Below, in pieces: positions 54,268 through 64,000 of a stretch of 64,000 bases of DNA. Source of the DNA: Elusimicrobiota bacterium. GTDB taxonomy: Bacteria; CG03; SLGR01; JAFGSA01. The notes below the pieces were generated by a model, which was given only the letters and a program-made list of their open reading frames with translations, was not told where the DNA came from and ran no database searches. A program made the translations under genes and the position numbers. The DNA lies in NCBI GenBank assembly GCA_016934855.1, contig JAFGSA010000025.1, positions 231 through 64,230 of the forward strand, written 5' to 3'. Every line of letters starts with the position of its first letter. Position 1 is the stretch's first letter.

Positions 54268-55484
54268 TGGGTATAATAATTGATCAGAATAAATGTTCGG
54301 GATGCGGGTTATGCGTAAAATCGTGCCCTTTTGATGTCATACAGATAAAATCCAGGAAGGACGAGAACAAGCTGCATCCCAGGTACAAGAATATCGCCGT
54401 GATACTCGAAGGATGCACTCTATGCGGTGCCTGCGTGGAAGCGTGCCCGGTAGATGCAATAACGGTAACGAGGGAAAAAAAGGAACCAGCCGCAACTATC
54501 AAAGACTACAAGGGGATATGGGTATTCGCCGAACAGCAGGATTCCGTTGTTCAGGAAGTGGCGCTGGAACTATTGGGAAAGGCCAGGGACCTGGCGGGCA
54601 AGCTCTCGGCCGAAGTAACCGCGGTGCTTCTCGGCGACAAGGTCGCAAAAGAAGCGGACAGGCTGATCCACCACGGGGCGGACCGGGTCATACTCGTAGA
54701 AGACCCTGTGCTGAAGGATTTCCTTGATGAACCGTACGCCGATGTGCTCTGCCATCTCGTGGGGGAGTATAAGCCGGAGATAATCCTCATGGGCGCCACG
54801 ACCATCGGCCGGGCATTCGCCTCGAGAGTGGCCGCAAGAATACATACAGGTCTCACAGCCGATTGCACGGATCTCGACATAGACCCGCAGAGCAAGATAC
54901 TTCTTCAGACCAGGCCGGCTTTCGGCGGAAATATAATGGCGACGATCCATACCGAACATCACAGGCCTCAGATGTCAACGGTAAGGCATAAGGTCTTCAA
55001 GCCCCTGGAAGAAGATAAAAGCAGGAAAGGCGATGTCGTAAAAGTCGCCTATCCGGGTAAAATAGTATCCAGGTCCAGGATAATAGACATAATAAAGGAC
55101 AAGACACAGCAGGTTAACCTGACCGACGCGGATATAATAGTGTCGGGCGGGCGCGGGCTCGGGAAGCCTGAAAATTTCGAACTCATAAGAGAGTTCGCAG
55201 AAGTACTGGGCGCAGCCGTCGGCGCGTCCAGGGCCGCGGTGGACGCCAACTGGATATCGTATTCACACCAGGTCGGGCAGACCGGCCGGACCGTAGCGCC
55301 GAAAATATATTTCGCGATAGGTATATCCGGAGCGATTCAGCACCAGGTCGGAATGAGGTCTTCCGATGTGATCATAGCCGTGAACAAAGATCCTCATGCT
55401 CCCATATTCGATATTGCCAATTACGGCATAGTCGGCGATCTTTTCCAGGTCGTACCCGAATTAATCAAACAGCTTAAAAAGTAA
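54267..55484 (+). CDS. etfA: Electron transfer flavoprotein, alpha subunit, with an N-terminal 2x[4Fe-4S] ferredoxin domain
   Basis: Two CxxCxxCxxxCP motifs (CSGCGLCVKSCP, CTLCGACVEACP), then an EtfA core (IVSGGRGLG, AIGISGAIQH). Start is ATG 54267 (TGATG overlap) or GTG 54264. Confidence 0.88.
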   Translation: MGIIIDQNKCSGCGLCVKSCPFDVIQIKSRKDENKLHPRYKNIAVILEGCTLCGACVEACPVDAITVTREKKEPAATIKDYKGIWVFAEQQDSVVQEVALELLGKARDLAGKLSAEVTAVLLGDKVAKEADRLIHHGADRVILVEDPVLKDFLDEPYADVLCHLVGEYKPEIILMGATTIGRAFASRVAARIHTGLTADCTDLDIDPQSKILLQTRPAFGGNIMATIHTEHHRPQMSTVRHKVFKPLEEDKSRKGDVVKVAYPGKIVSRSRIIDIIKDKTQQVNLTDADIIVSGGRGLGKPENFELIREFAEVLGAAVGASRAAVDANWISYSHQVGQTGRTVAPKIYFAIGISGAIQHQVGMRSSDVIIAVNKDPHAPIFDIANYGIVGDLFQVVPELIKQLKK

Positions 55485-55496
55485 CGCGCGGTCTCA

Positions 55497-57131
55497 ATGC
55501 AGCCGGCAACGAAGAATCCCTCTAAAAGTCTGTTTCTCCCGGCGATATTCCTCCTTCTTGCCGGCTCCGTTCTCCTGCTGCACCGGCTGGGGTGGCATAC
55601 TCTCTCTGACAACTGTTCCCCCCTGTCATGTATTCCCGGTAAACTGCCCGGAGGCGGAAGACTCGTGTTGGTCGCCGGGATGAATGATCCCGGTAAGTTC
55701 TTTTCGGCGTTCCTGCGGACCGGGGCCGGTTCCGCTTTGGCAGAGACGGATACAGTGAAGAACATACACAAGATACTACCCGGTATTTCGGAGGCAGCGG
55801 ATACGGATGCCTGTACAGGGATGCTCGGAAGTTTTGCGGCAGCGGCGCTGTATGTTTTCGAGGAAGAAAAACCGCTATGGCTTGCTGTTACTGTCCCGGA
55901 CGACATTCCCAAAATGGAGAGAATTCTGGCCGAGAGATACCCGGCTCAGGAGGATATTGTAACGGTGAGCGGCAATGTGGATATTTACGGGTCTTCGGGG
56001 ATGTATTACGCCGTTACCAGGGGTAATTTTCTTATATCCAATTCAGCGGCGCTTTTAAAAAACGCAGCCGTTACATCCGAAAACGGAAAAGGGAGCTTTC
56101 ATGATAAAATACAACACCTGGAAGACATAAAGAATCCCTCCTGCGATCTTTTTACCTACATATACAGCAGAGAACTGGCGGATCTTTTGAAAGTAATCTA
56201 TAAAGACACGAACCTGTTCTTCCTGGCGCCGTCTGTTTCGGCGACAGTATACCAGGAGTACTTCTTCGGCAGCGGAATTAAGATCATAACATACATGTGG
56301 CCGGGAAAAAGGGAGTACAGCCTTAACAGGGAATCTGTTCTGGTAAATGCACTGCCCGAGCGCCCCATCCTGGCGGGTGCGGTTACCGGTATGCTCCGTA
56401 AGAAGGATATTTTGAATAACAAGAACAGCAGGATATTGAATTACCTGGCGGGAAAAGGTATAAAAATAAAAGAGTGGATGCCGGATTATATCGGGGACGA
56501 AGCCGGGTATTCGATACTGGGACCTTCTCCGGCCACGATCAACACGGCACTGCCGGGCATGATCTTCTATATAGAGATCGAGAGCAGGGAAAAGGCCGAA
56601 CAGATATACAGTGAGATGGAAAACATGATCGGGATGAACATGAATGAAAAGACGCGCTCCGGAAAAAAATTCAAAGATATAGAAATACCCGTAATATTCG
56701 GTCAGAAGATACAATTATGCGTGTTCCCCGTAAGGATAAGGAAAAGGGAGTTTCTGTGTATCGTTACGTCCGAAGATATTGTTGATGAAGTTGCCGATAT
56801 GACCGGCGGACGCCGGCGGGTGCTCAGAGAGAGCCCTTACTGGGCCCGCGTATCCGGGAATATGCCGGGAAAATATTCGAGTTTTTCGTATGCCGATATC
56901 AATGCGCTGTCCGCGACCGTAGGGCTTTTCATCGCGGATATCGGGGTGCCGGGGCTCAAAGGATTTCTGGCCACATCCCCTTTCTCCTGGATGGGTCCGG
57001 CGGTCAGCGCGACTGTAGAAAGTCCCGGCCATTCGGCTGTGCATACATACATACCCATAAGGGACCTGGACAGGGAACAGTGGGATGACATTTTCCTTTC
57101 TTTCGGAAAGCTTTCGGGAAAAAGCAGATAG
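55497..57131 (+). CDS. Hypothetical membrane-anchored protein (544 aa)
   Basis: One N-terminal hydrophobic helix (LFLPAIFLLLAGSVLLL). I can name no catalytic motif. The ORF fills the whole interval between etfA and spoIID. Confidence 0.4.
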   Translation: MQPATKNPSKSLFLPAIFLLLAGSVLLLHRLGWHTLSDNCSPLSCIPGKLPGGGRLVLVAGMNDPGKFFSAFLRTGAGSALAETDTVKNIHKILPGISEAADTDACTGMLGSFAAAALYVFEEEKPLWLAVTVPDDIPKMERILAERYPAQEDIVTVSGNVDIYGSSGMYYAVTRGNFLISNSAALLKNAAVTSENGKGSFHDKIQHLEDIKNPSCDLFTYIYSRELADLLKVIYKDTNLFFLAPSVSATVYQEYFFGSGIKIITYMWPGKREYSLNRESVLVNALPERPILAGAVTGMLRKKDILNNKNSRILNYLAGKGIKIKEWMPDYIGDEAGYSILGPSPATINTALPGMIFYIEIESREKAEQIYSEMENMIGMNMNEKTRSGKKFKDIEIPVIFGQKIQLCVFPVRIRKREFLCIVTSEDIVDEVADMTGGRRRVLRESPYWARVSGNMPGKYSSFSYADINALSATVGLFIADIGVPGLKGFLATSPFSWMGPAVSATVESPGHSAVHTYIPIRDLDREQWDDIFLSFGKLSGKSR

Positions 57132-57132
57132 T

Positions 57133-58281
57133 ATGAAAGTCGTAGCAAAAGGATACCTGTTCATCCTGCTCTTCTTCGTCATCTTCCTCGGCAAAGTGAC
57201 CGGCTCCGGCAGGATTTCAGAGACCATCATCAAAGTGGGGATATTATCCGGGCAGGACAGGATCCATGTGAAGTGTAACGAGAAATTCAGGGCAACTGAC
57301 ATATTCTCCATGGATGCGCTGGAACTCGAACCCGAAAAAGACTATGTCGTGACCGTGTCGGACGGCGGTCTTAAAATAGGCGAAAAAAATACATTCGGCA
57401 AAATAGTCAGGTTTTATTCCAACAAAAAAAACAGTTTTATAAGGATCAACGGACGCAGGTACAGAGATACTGTGTTGGCGACCAATGATAAGGGTAAAGT
57501 CACCGTCATAAACGAGCTCGGCCTCGACGGATACCTTTTCGGGGTCCTGCCTGTCGAGGTCTCTCCCGAATGGCCGCTGGAGGCCCTCAAGGCGCAGGCC
57601 ATAGTCTCGCGGACGTATGTGCTCAATAACCTCGGTAAATACGACAGCAAGGGATATGACCTGTCGTCCGATATATTCTCCCAGATGTACAGGGGCGTCG
57701 AGGTGGAAAATTCCGCCACGAACAGGGCAGTCACGGAGACAATAGGGTTTGTGCTCACTTACGAGGGCAAACTGGCGAAGGCGTATTTTCATTCCAGCTG
57801 CGGCGGATTCACCGAGGACATCAAAAAAGTATGGGGTTCGGCATTCAAATACATGGAAGGAGTGACATGCCCTTACTGCAAGGATTCCCCCAGGTATCAC
57901 TGGGAAGTCGACGTGTCCCCTGAACTGATAAAGCAGAAAATGAATGCGGAAGGATATAATATCGGTGATGTGGAAGACATAAAGTTCCTGTCGCGCACGG
58001 ATTCCGGAAGAGTAGACGATATGGTTATTAAGTATGAGGGCGGGCAGCAGGTCTTGTCCGGTCACCGCTTCAGGATGGCAATCGGCCCGAACGTGATAAA
58101 AAGCACCCTAATGTCCATAGAACGCAGTAGGCCGGCCTTCCATTTTTACGGAAGAGGATGGGGGCACGGAATAGGGATGTGCCAGTGGGGATCGAAAGGT
58201 ATGGCCGAGAAAGGTAAGAGCTTCAATAAGATACTCAAATTCTATTTTCCCCATACCAGGATAGACAGGTGGTCTTATTGA
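57133..58281 (+). CDS. SpoIID/LytB-domain protein (peptidoglycan lytic transglycosylase-type)
   Basis: Motifs YLFGVLPVEV, ALKAQAIVSRTY, YFHSSCGGFTE and GWGHGIGMCQWG. The ATG at 57133 lies 1 nt after the upstream stop. Confidence 0.8.
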   Translation: MKVVAKGYLFILLFFVIFLGKVTGSGRISETIIKVGILSGQDRIHVKCNEKFRATDIFSMDALELEPEKDYVVTVSDGGLKIGEKNTFGKIVRFYSNKKNSFIRINGRRYRDTVLATNDKGKVTVINELGLDGYLFGVLPVEVSPEWPLEALKAQAIVSRTYVLNNLGKYDSKGYDLSSDIFSQMYRGVEVENSATNRAVTETIGFVLTYEGKLAKAYFHSSCGGFTEDIKKVWGSAFKYMEGVTCPYCKDSPRYHWEVDVSPELIKQKMNAEGYNIGDVEDIKFLSRTDSGRVDDMVIKYEGGQQVLSGHRFRMAIGPNVIKSTLMSIERSRPAFHFYGRGWGHGIGMCQWGSKGMAEKGKSFNKILKFYFPHTRIDRWSY

Positions 58282-58287
58282 ATTCTG

Positions 58288-60707
<2,420 letters not shown>

Positions 60708-60713
60708 AGGAGT

Positions 60714-61058
60714 ATGATGATGACAGGATTACTATATGCTATGGGGCAGGCTCCGGCCGGCCAGCAGGAAGCGGCATCACCCATTTCCGGGTTTCTACCC
60801 TTAATACTGATATTTTTTGTTTTCTATTTTCTTCTTATCAGGCCTCAGAAAAAACAGGTGCAGCAGCAGAAAGATATGATAAACAAACTCAAGCGCGGCG
60901 ACGAGATCGTCACATCAGGAGGGATCCACGGGAAAGTAACGGCACTCAAAGGCAAACAGGTAGAGCTGGAAATATCTCCGAATACCAGGATAATCCTGAA
61001 CAAACAGGCTGTGTCTTACCTTAAGACCCAGCAGACCGCGGAAGAAAGCGGGGAGTGA
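60714..61058 (+). CDS. yajC: Preprotein translocase subunit YajC
   Basis: Single TM helix followed by LLIRPQKK, and GDEIVTSGGIHGKV. Confidence 0.85.
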   Translation: MMMTGLLYAMGQAPAGQQEAASPISGFLPLILIFFVFYFLLIRPQKKQVQQQKDMINKLKRGDEIVTSGGIHGKVTALKGKQVELEISPNTRIILNKQAVSYLKTQQTAEESGE

Positions 61059-61093
61059 GGGCCGCACTCTGAAAAAACAGGAAAAGAAAAGTC

Positions 61094-62449
61094 ATGAATA
61101 AAGCAGCACAGTGGAAGATCACTATAACCCTGGCTCTGATCGCGGCGAGCCTGTGGTTTTTGTTCCCGACTATTAAATGGTACTCAGTATCAGAGCAGGA
61201 AAGGGAGAAGCTTTCGCGCGTGGACGACCCGATAATCAGCAAAATACTGAAACTCGGACTGGATCTGCAGGGCGGAATGCACCTCATTCTCGAAGTTGCT
61301 ATAGATAAGATACCCGAAGACATGGAGAAATCCGAAGCCATGGCCAGGGCTCTAGAGATAATAAGGAACCGCGTTGACCAGTTCGGTGTGGCGGAACCGC
61401 TTATAGCCAGGCAGGGAGACAGGTGGATAGTCGTGCAGCTTCCCGGTATAAGCGAGCCCAGGAGGGCTCTTGAACTAATAGGCAAGACCGCGCTTCTTGA
61501 ATTCAAGCTCCTTGCCGATACCGATGTCCTTCCCGAGTCGGGCGAGATGTCGGATGAGTACGAGGTACTGGAAGACAGGAATGACCAGAGATATGTTGTG
61601 AAGAAAGAGGCGGAACTCACCGGAGCTGCCCTCAAGACGGCAAAAGTCAGCATGGGCGGGGATTTTAACAGGCCGCATATCTCTTTTACGCTGAAAAAGG
61701 AAGCGGCCGATAAATTCGCCAGAGTCACGGAAATGAATATAGAAAAACGCCTGGCAATAGTGCTGGACGGAGTCATACAGTCCGCCCCCGTCATAAAATC
61801 AAGGATACCGGACGGCCAGGGTATAATAGAAGGGAATTTCAACATGCAGACCGCGAGAGACCTTGCCATAATACTGAGAGCAGGCGCTCTGCCCGCGCCG
61901 GTTGAAATAATAGAAAACAGGACGATAGGCCCGACTCTCGGGAAAGAGTCCATAATCACCGGGGTGACAGCGATGATAATCGGTCTCATACTGGTGCTTA
62001 TATTCATGGCCGTGTATTACAGGATGGCCGGGTTTATAGCCGATATAGCGCTGATCATGAATATATTCTTTCTCCTTGGGGCGATGGCGTATTTCCATTT
62101 CACTCTCACTATGCCCGGCATTGCCGGCATAATACTCATCATTGGTATGGCCGTTGACGCGAACGTCCTGATCTTCGAGAGGATCAGGGAAGAGCTGGCG
62201 ACGGGCAAGACCCCCAGGGTAGCTATCGACGCCGGTTACAACAAGGCTGTGACGACGATTCTGGACGCTAATATCACAACCCTTATAGCGGCGGTTTTCC
62301 TTTTTCAGTTCGGCACCGGGCCGGTAAAGGGGTTCGCCGTAACACTTTTTATAGGTATCGTGGCTTCCATGTTCACGGCCATAATAGTCTCGAAGACGAT
62401 TCTCGATATAGTGACAAAAGACAGGCAGATCAAGGAGCTGAAGATATAA
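61094..62449 (+). CDS. secD: Protein translocase subunit SecD (short form)
   Basis: Motifs LGLDLQGG, IRNRVDQFGVAEP and TM-domain AGIILIIGMAVDANVLIFERIREE. Confidence 0.9.
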   Translation: MNKAAQWKITITLALIAASLWFLFPTIKWYSVSEQEREKLSRVDDPIISKILKLGLDLQGGMHLILEVAIDKIPEDMEKSEAMARALEIIRNRVDQFGVAEPLIARQGDRWIVVQLPGISEPRRALELIGKTALLEFKLLADTDVLPESGEMSDEYEVLEDRNDQRYVVKKEAELTGAALKTAKVSMGGDFNRPHISFTLKKEAADKFARVTEMNIEKRLAIVLDGVIQSAPVIKSRIPDGQGIIEGNFNMQTARDLAIILRAGALPAPVEIIENRTIGPTLGKESIITGVTAMIIGLILVLIFMAVYYRMAGFIADIALIMNIFFLLGAMAYFHFTLTMPGIAGIILIIGMAVDANVLIFERIREELATGKTPRVAIDAGYNKAVTTILDANITTLIAAVFLFQFGTGPVKGFAVTLFIGIVASMFTAIIVSKTILDIVTKDRQIKELKI

Positions 62450-62450
62450 A

Positions 62451-63335
62451 ATGCAGTTTCTTAAGAACACAAAGATAGATTTTCTGAAGATAAGCCGGGC
62501 AGCTATTATCGCGTCGGTCGTGCTTTCCGTATTGTCCGTCGTGATGCTGTTCGTGAAGTCCCCGAACTGGGGTATAGATTTTACGGGAGGATTGCTGGTC
62601 CATGTCAGGTTCCAGGGCAGGCCTGACATAGGAAATCTGAGGAACATGCTTGCCGAGTCCGGGATAGATAACAGCAGTATCCAGTCTTTCAGAAAATCCC
62701 AGGTCGTTATAATCAAGGTAAAATCGCTGCAGGAAGATAAAAATGTGGCAGACAGGATAGAAGAGATAATAAGAAACGGGATGCCCTCAATGAACTTCGA
62801 GGTGCTGCGCAGCGAAATGGTCGGGCCGGCCGTGGGCTCATACCTCAAGGAGAAAGCCGTCAAAGCTTTTATTTTCGCTTTCATGGGCATGATAATTTAT
62901 GTCGCGTGGAGGTTCAAGGGAGGGGTCTGGGGTTTCGCGGCGGTGATCGCTCTTATACACGACGTGATAGTGACTTTCGGCATTCTGAATTTAATGAACG
63001 TGGCCATAGACCTGCCGGTCGTCGCGGCGCTGCTGACACTGGCCGGATATTCGATCAACGACTCCATAGTCGTCTATGACAGGATAAGAGAAAATATCAG
63101 GCTCTATTATAAGAAGCCGCTCGGCGAGATAATAAACCTGAGCATAAACTCCACCTTATCCAGAACCATAATAACGTCAGGAACCACTCTCATGGTAGTG
63201 CTGGCTCTTTTCCTGAAAGGCGGCGAAGTGCTTTACGGTTTCTCGACAACATTGCTCTTCGGTATAGTTATAGGTACATATTCCTCTATTTTTGTGGCAT
63301 CTCCTCTGGTTTACGCCTGGCAGAAAAAGAAGTGA
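62451..63335 (+). CDS. secF: Protein translocase subunit SecF
   Basis: Motifs GIDFTGG and GYSINDSIVVYDRIREN, with six TM segments. Confidence 0.9.
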   Translation: MQFLKNTKIDFLKISRAAIIASVVLSVLSVVMLFVKSPNWGIDFTGGLLVHVRFQGRPDIGNLRNMLAESGIDNSSIQSFRKSQVVIIKVKSLQEDKNVADRIEEIIRNGMPSMNFEVLRSEMVGPAVGSYLKEKAVKAFIFAFMGMIIYVAWRFKGGVWGFAAVIALIHDVIVTFGILNLMNVAIDLPVVAALLTLAGYSINDSIVVYDRIRENIRLYYKKPLGEIINLSINSTLSRTIITSGTTLMVVLALFLKGGEVLYGFSTTLLFGIVIGTYSSIFVASPLVYAWQKKK

Positions 63336-63991
63336 ACCCTACTAGAAATAAGAGAAAAAAAGCCGACAGAGAACTGCTTTCCGACGGACTTAACAAGATT
63401 AAAAGGTTTAAGATAAGACTGAGAAAAAGGGAGATCCTGAGGATACTCAAATTCAATCCCGAACATTCCGTTAATACCGTGCAGATGGAAAAACATATAC
63501 AGGATTGCATGGAATCCGCTTACGAACTCCTGTCGCCGTCGGTCGTGTACGAGACTTTCTCGTCAGTATCCGAAAAATACGGCCGGATAAAGGAAGATAT
63601 AATAGCCGGCTCGGGTAAAGTAAGGGAGCTTTTCAATAATGCCGTGGCGTTCACTGTCATGGCAGTCACCATAGGACCCGGGCTGGAAGAAAGAATAAAC
63701 GAGATCAAAGACTCGGATTTTACCGGCGCCGTCATCCTTGACGCCGTAGGCTCCGAAGCAGTGGAACAATCCGCCAACTTCGCCTCCAGGATCATAAAAG
63801 ACGAAGCCGCAAAACAGGAATGCTATCTCAGCATGAGGTTCTCTCCCGGATACGGAGACTGGCCGATAGAGGCTTCAAGAAGATTCCTTAAATACCTGGA
63901 TACGTCGAAAATACATGTGGAGCTGTCCCCTGAAGGAACCCTGATACCGAGGAAATCCATAACGGCTATCCAGACATGGATACCGGATTGA
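63332..63991 (+). CDS. Stand-alone protein resembling the cobalamin-dependent methionine synthase activation (AdoMet-binding) domain
   Basis: N-terminal REILRILKF pattern and RFSPGYGDWPI motif are characteristic of this domain family as I recall it. GTGA overlap with the secF stop. Confidence 0.5.
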   Translation: MNPTRNKRKKADRELLSDGLNKIKRFKIRLRKREILRILKFNPEHSVNTVQMEKHIQDCMESAYELLSPSVVYETFSSVSEKYGRIKEDIIAGSGKVRELFNNAVAFTVMAVTIGPGLEERINEIKDSDFTGAVILDAVGSEAVEQSANFASRIIKDEAAKQECYLSMRFSPGYGDWPIEASRRFLKYLDTSKIHVELSPEGTLIPRKSITAIQTWIPD

Positions 63992-64000
63992 TGAAAGTAC

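Noticed and set aside
63991-64000. ATG at 63991 overlapping the TGA of the last gene (TGATG), which may be the start of the next gene.
   Set aside because: Only 10 nt remain in the window, so nothing can be supported beyond the coupling pattern.

Overview
All calls come from reading the translated ORFs and intergenic DNA; no database search was run. The window is a 64-kb, gene-dense stretch in which every credible gene lies on the + strand. Many junctions are ATGA, GTGA or TGATG start/stop overlaps. There are no tRNA or rRNA genes, CRISPR arrays, transposases, integrases or recognisable defence genes. The organism looks like a diderm, probably anaerobic bacterium. AGG/AGA/ATA-rich codon usage and the gene content suggest an uncultivated lineage such as Omnitrophota, but that is a low-confidence guess.

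Gene order:
1. pilM (5' truncated), pilN, pilO, a pilP-like gene, the pilQ secretin and a coupled TPR protein (1-5037).
2. A sulfate-activation module: sat, a DHH phosphoesterase, an alkaline-phosphatase (AlkP)-superfamily protein and cysC (5034-9126).
3. A roughly 29-kb glycan biosynthesis and decoration locus (9158-37951). It holds WbpD/WbpB/WbpE-like diacetamido-sugar enzymes behind a consensus promoter with a palindromic operator and a GbsR/MarR-like regulator. It also holds two AsnB amidotransferases, an ATP-grasp ligase, two more AlkP-superfamily paralogs, an enolase-superfamily epimerase-like enzyme and a tandem flavodoxin-like protein. The rest comprises a sulfotransferase, three methyltransferases, a GT-C-like membrane protein, an out-of-context lipB, a Wzx flippase, a WecA-like initiating transferase, two GT4 enzymes and an FAD oxidoreductase split by an in-frame TAA.
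4. A branched-TCA block (37948-46633): a Re-citrate-synthase-like enzyme with a C-terminal Cache-like domain, mdh, aconitase, IDH, a two-subunit class I fumarase, ndk and ackA.
5. rpmF-plsX-fabD-fabG-acpP-fabF-rnc.
6. Acyl-CoA dehydrogenase with EtfB and a ferredoxin-fused EtfA.
7. An unknown 544-aa protein, SpoIID, queA-tgt-(small ORF)-yajC-secD-secF and a MetH-activation-like domain protein.

The best candidate for something undescribed is the glycan locus. It appears built to make a sulfated, amidated and methylated glycan. It contains an unexplained triplicated cytoplasmic AlkP-family enzyme paired with amide-forming enzymes, plus a four-gene cassette with no glycan precedent that I know of.
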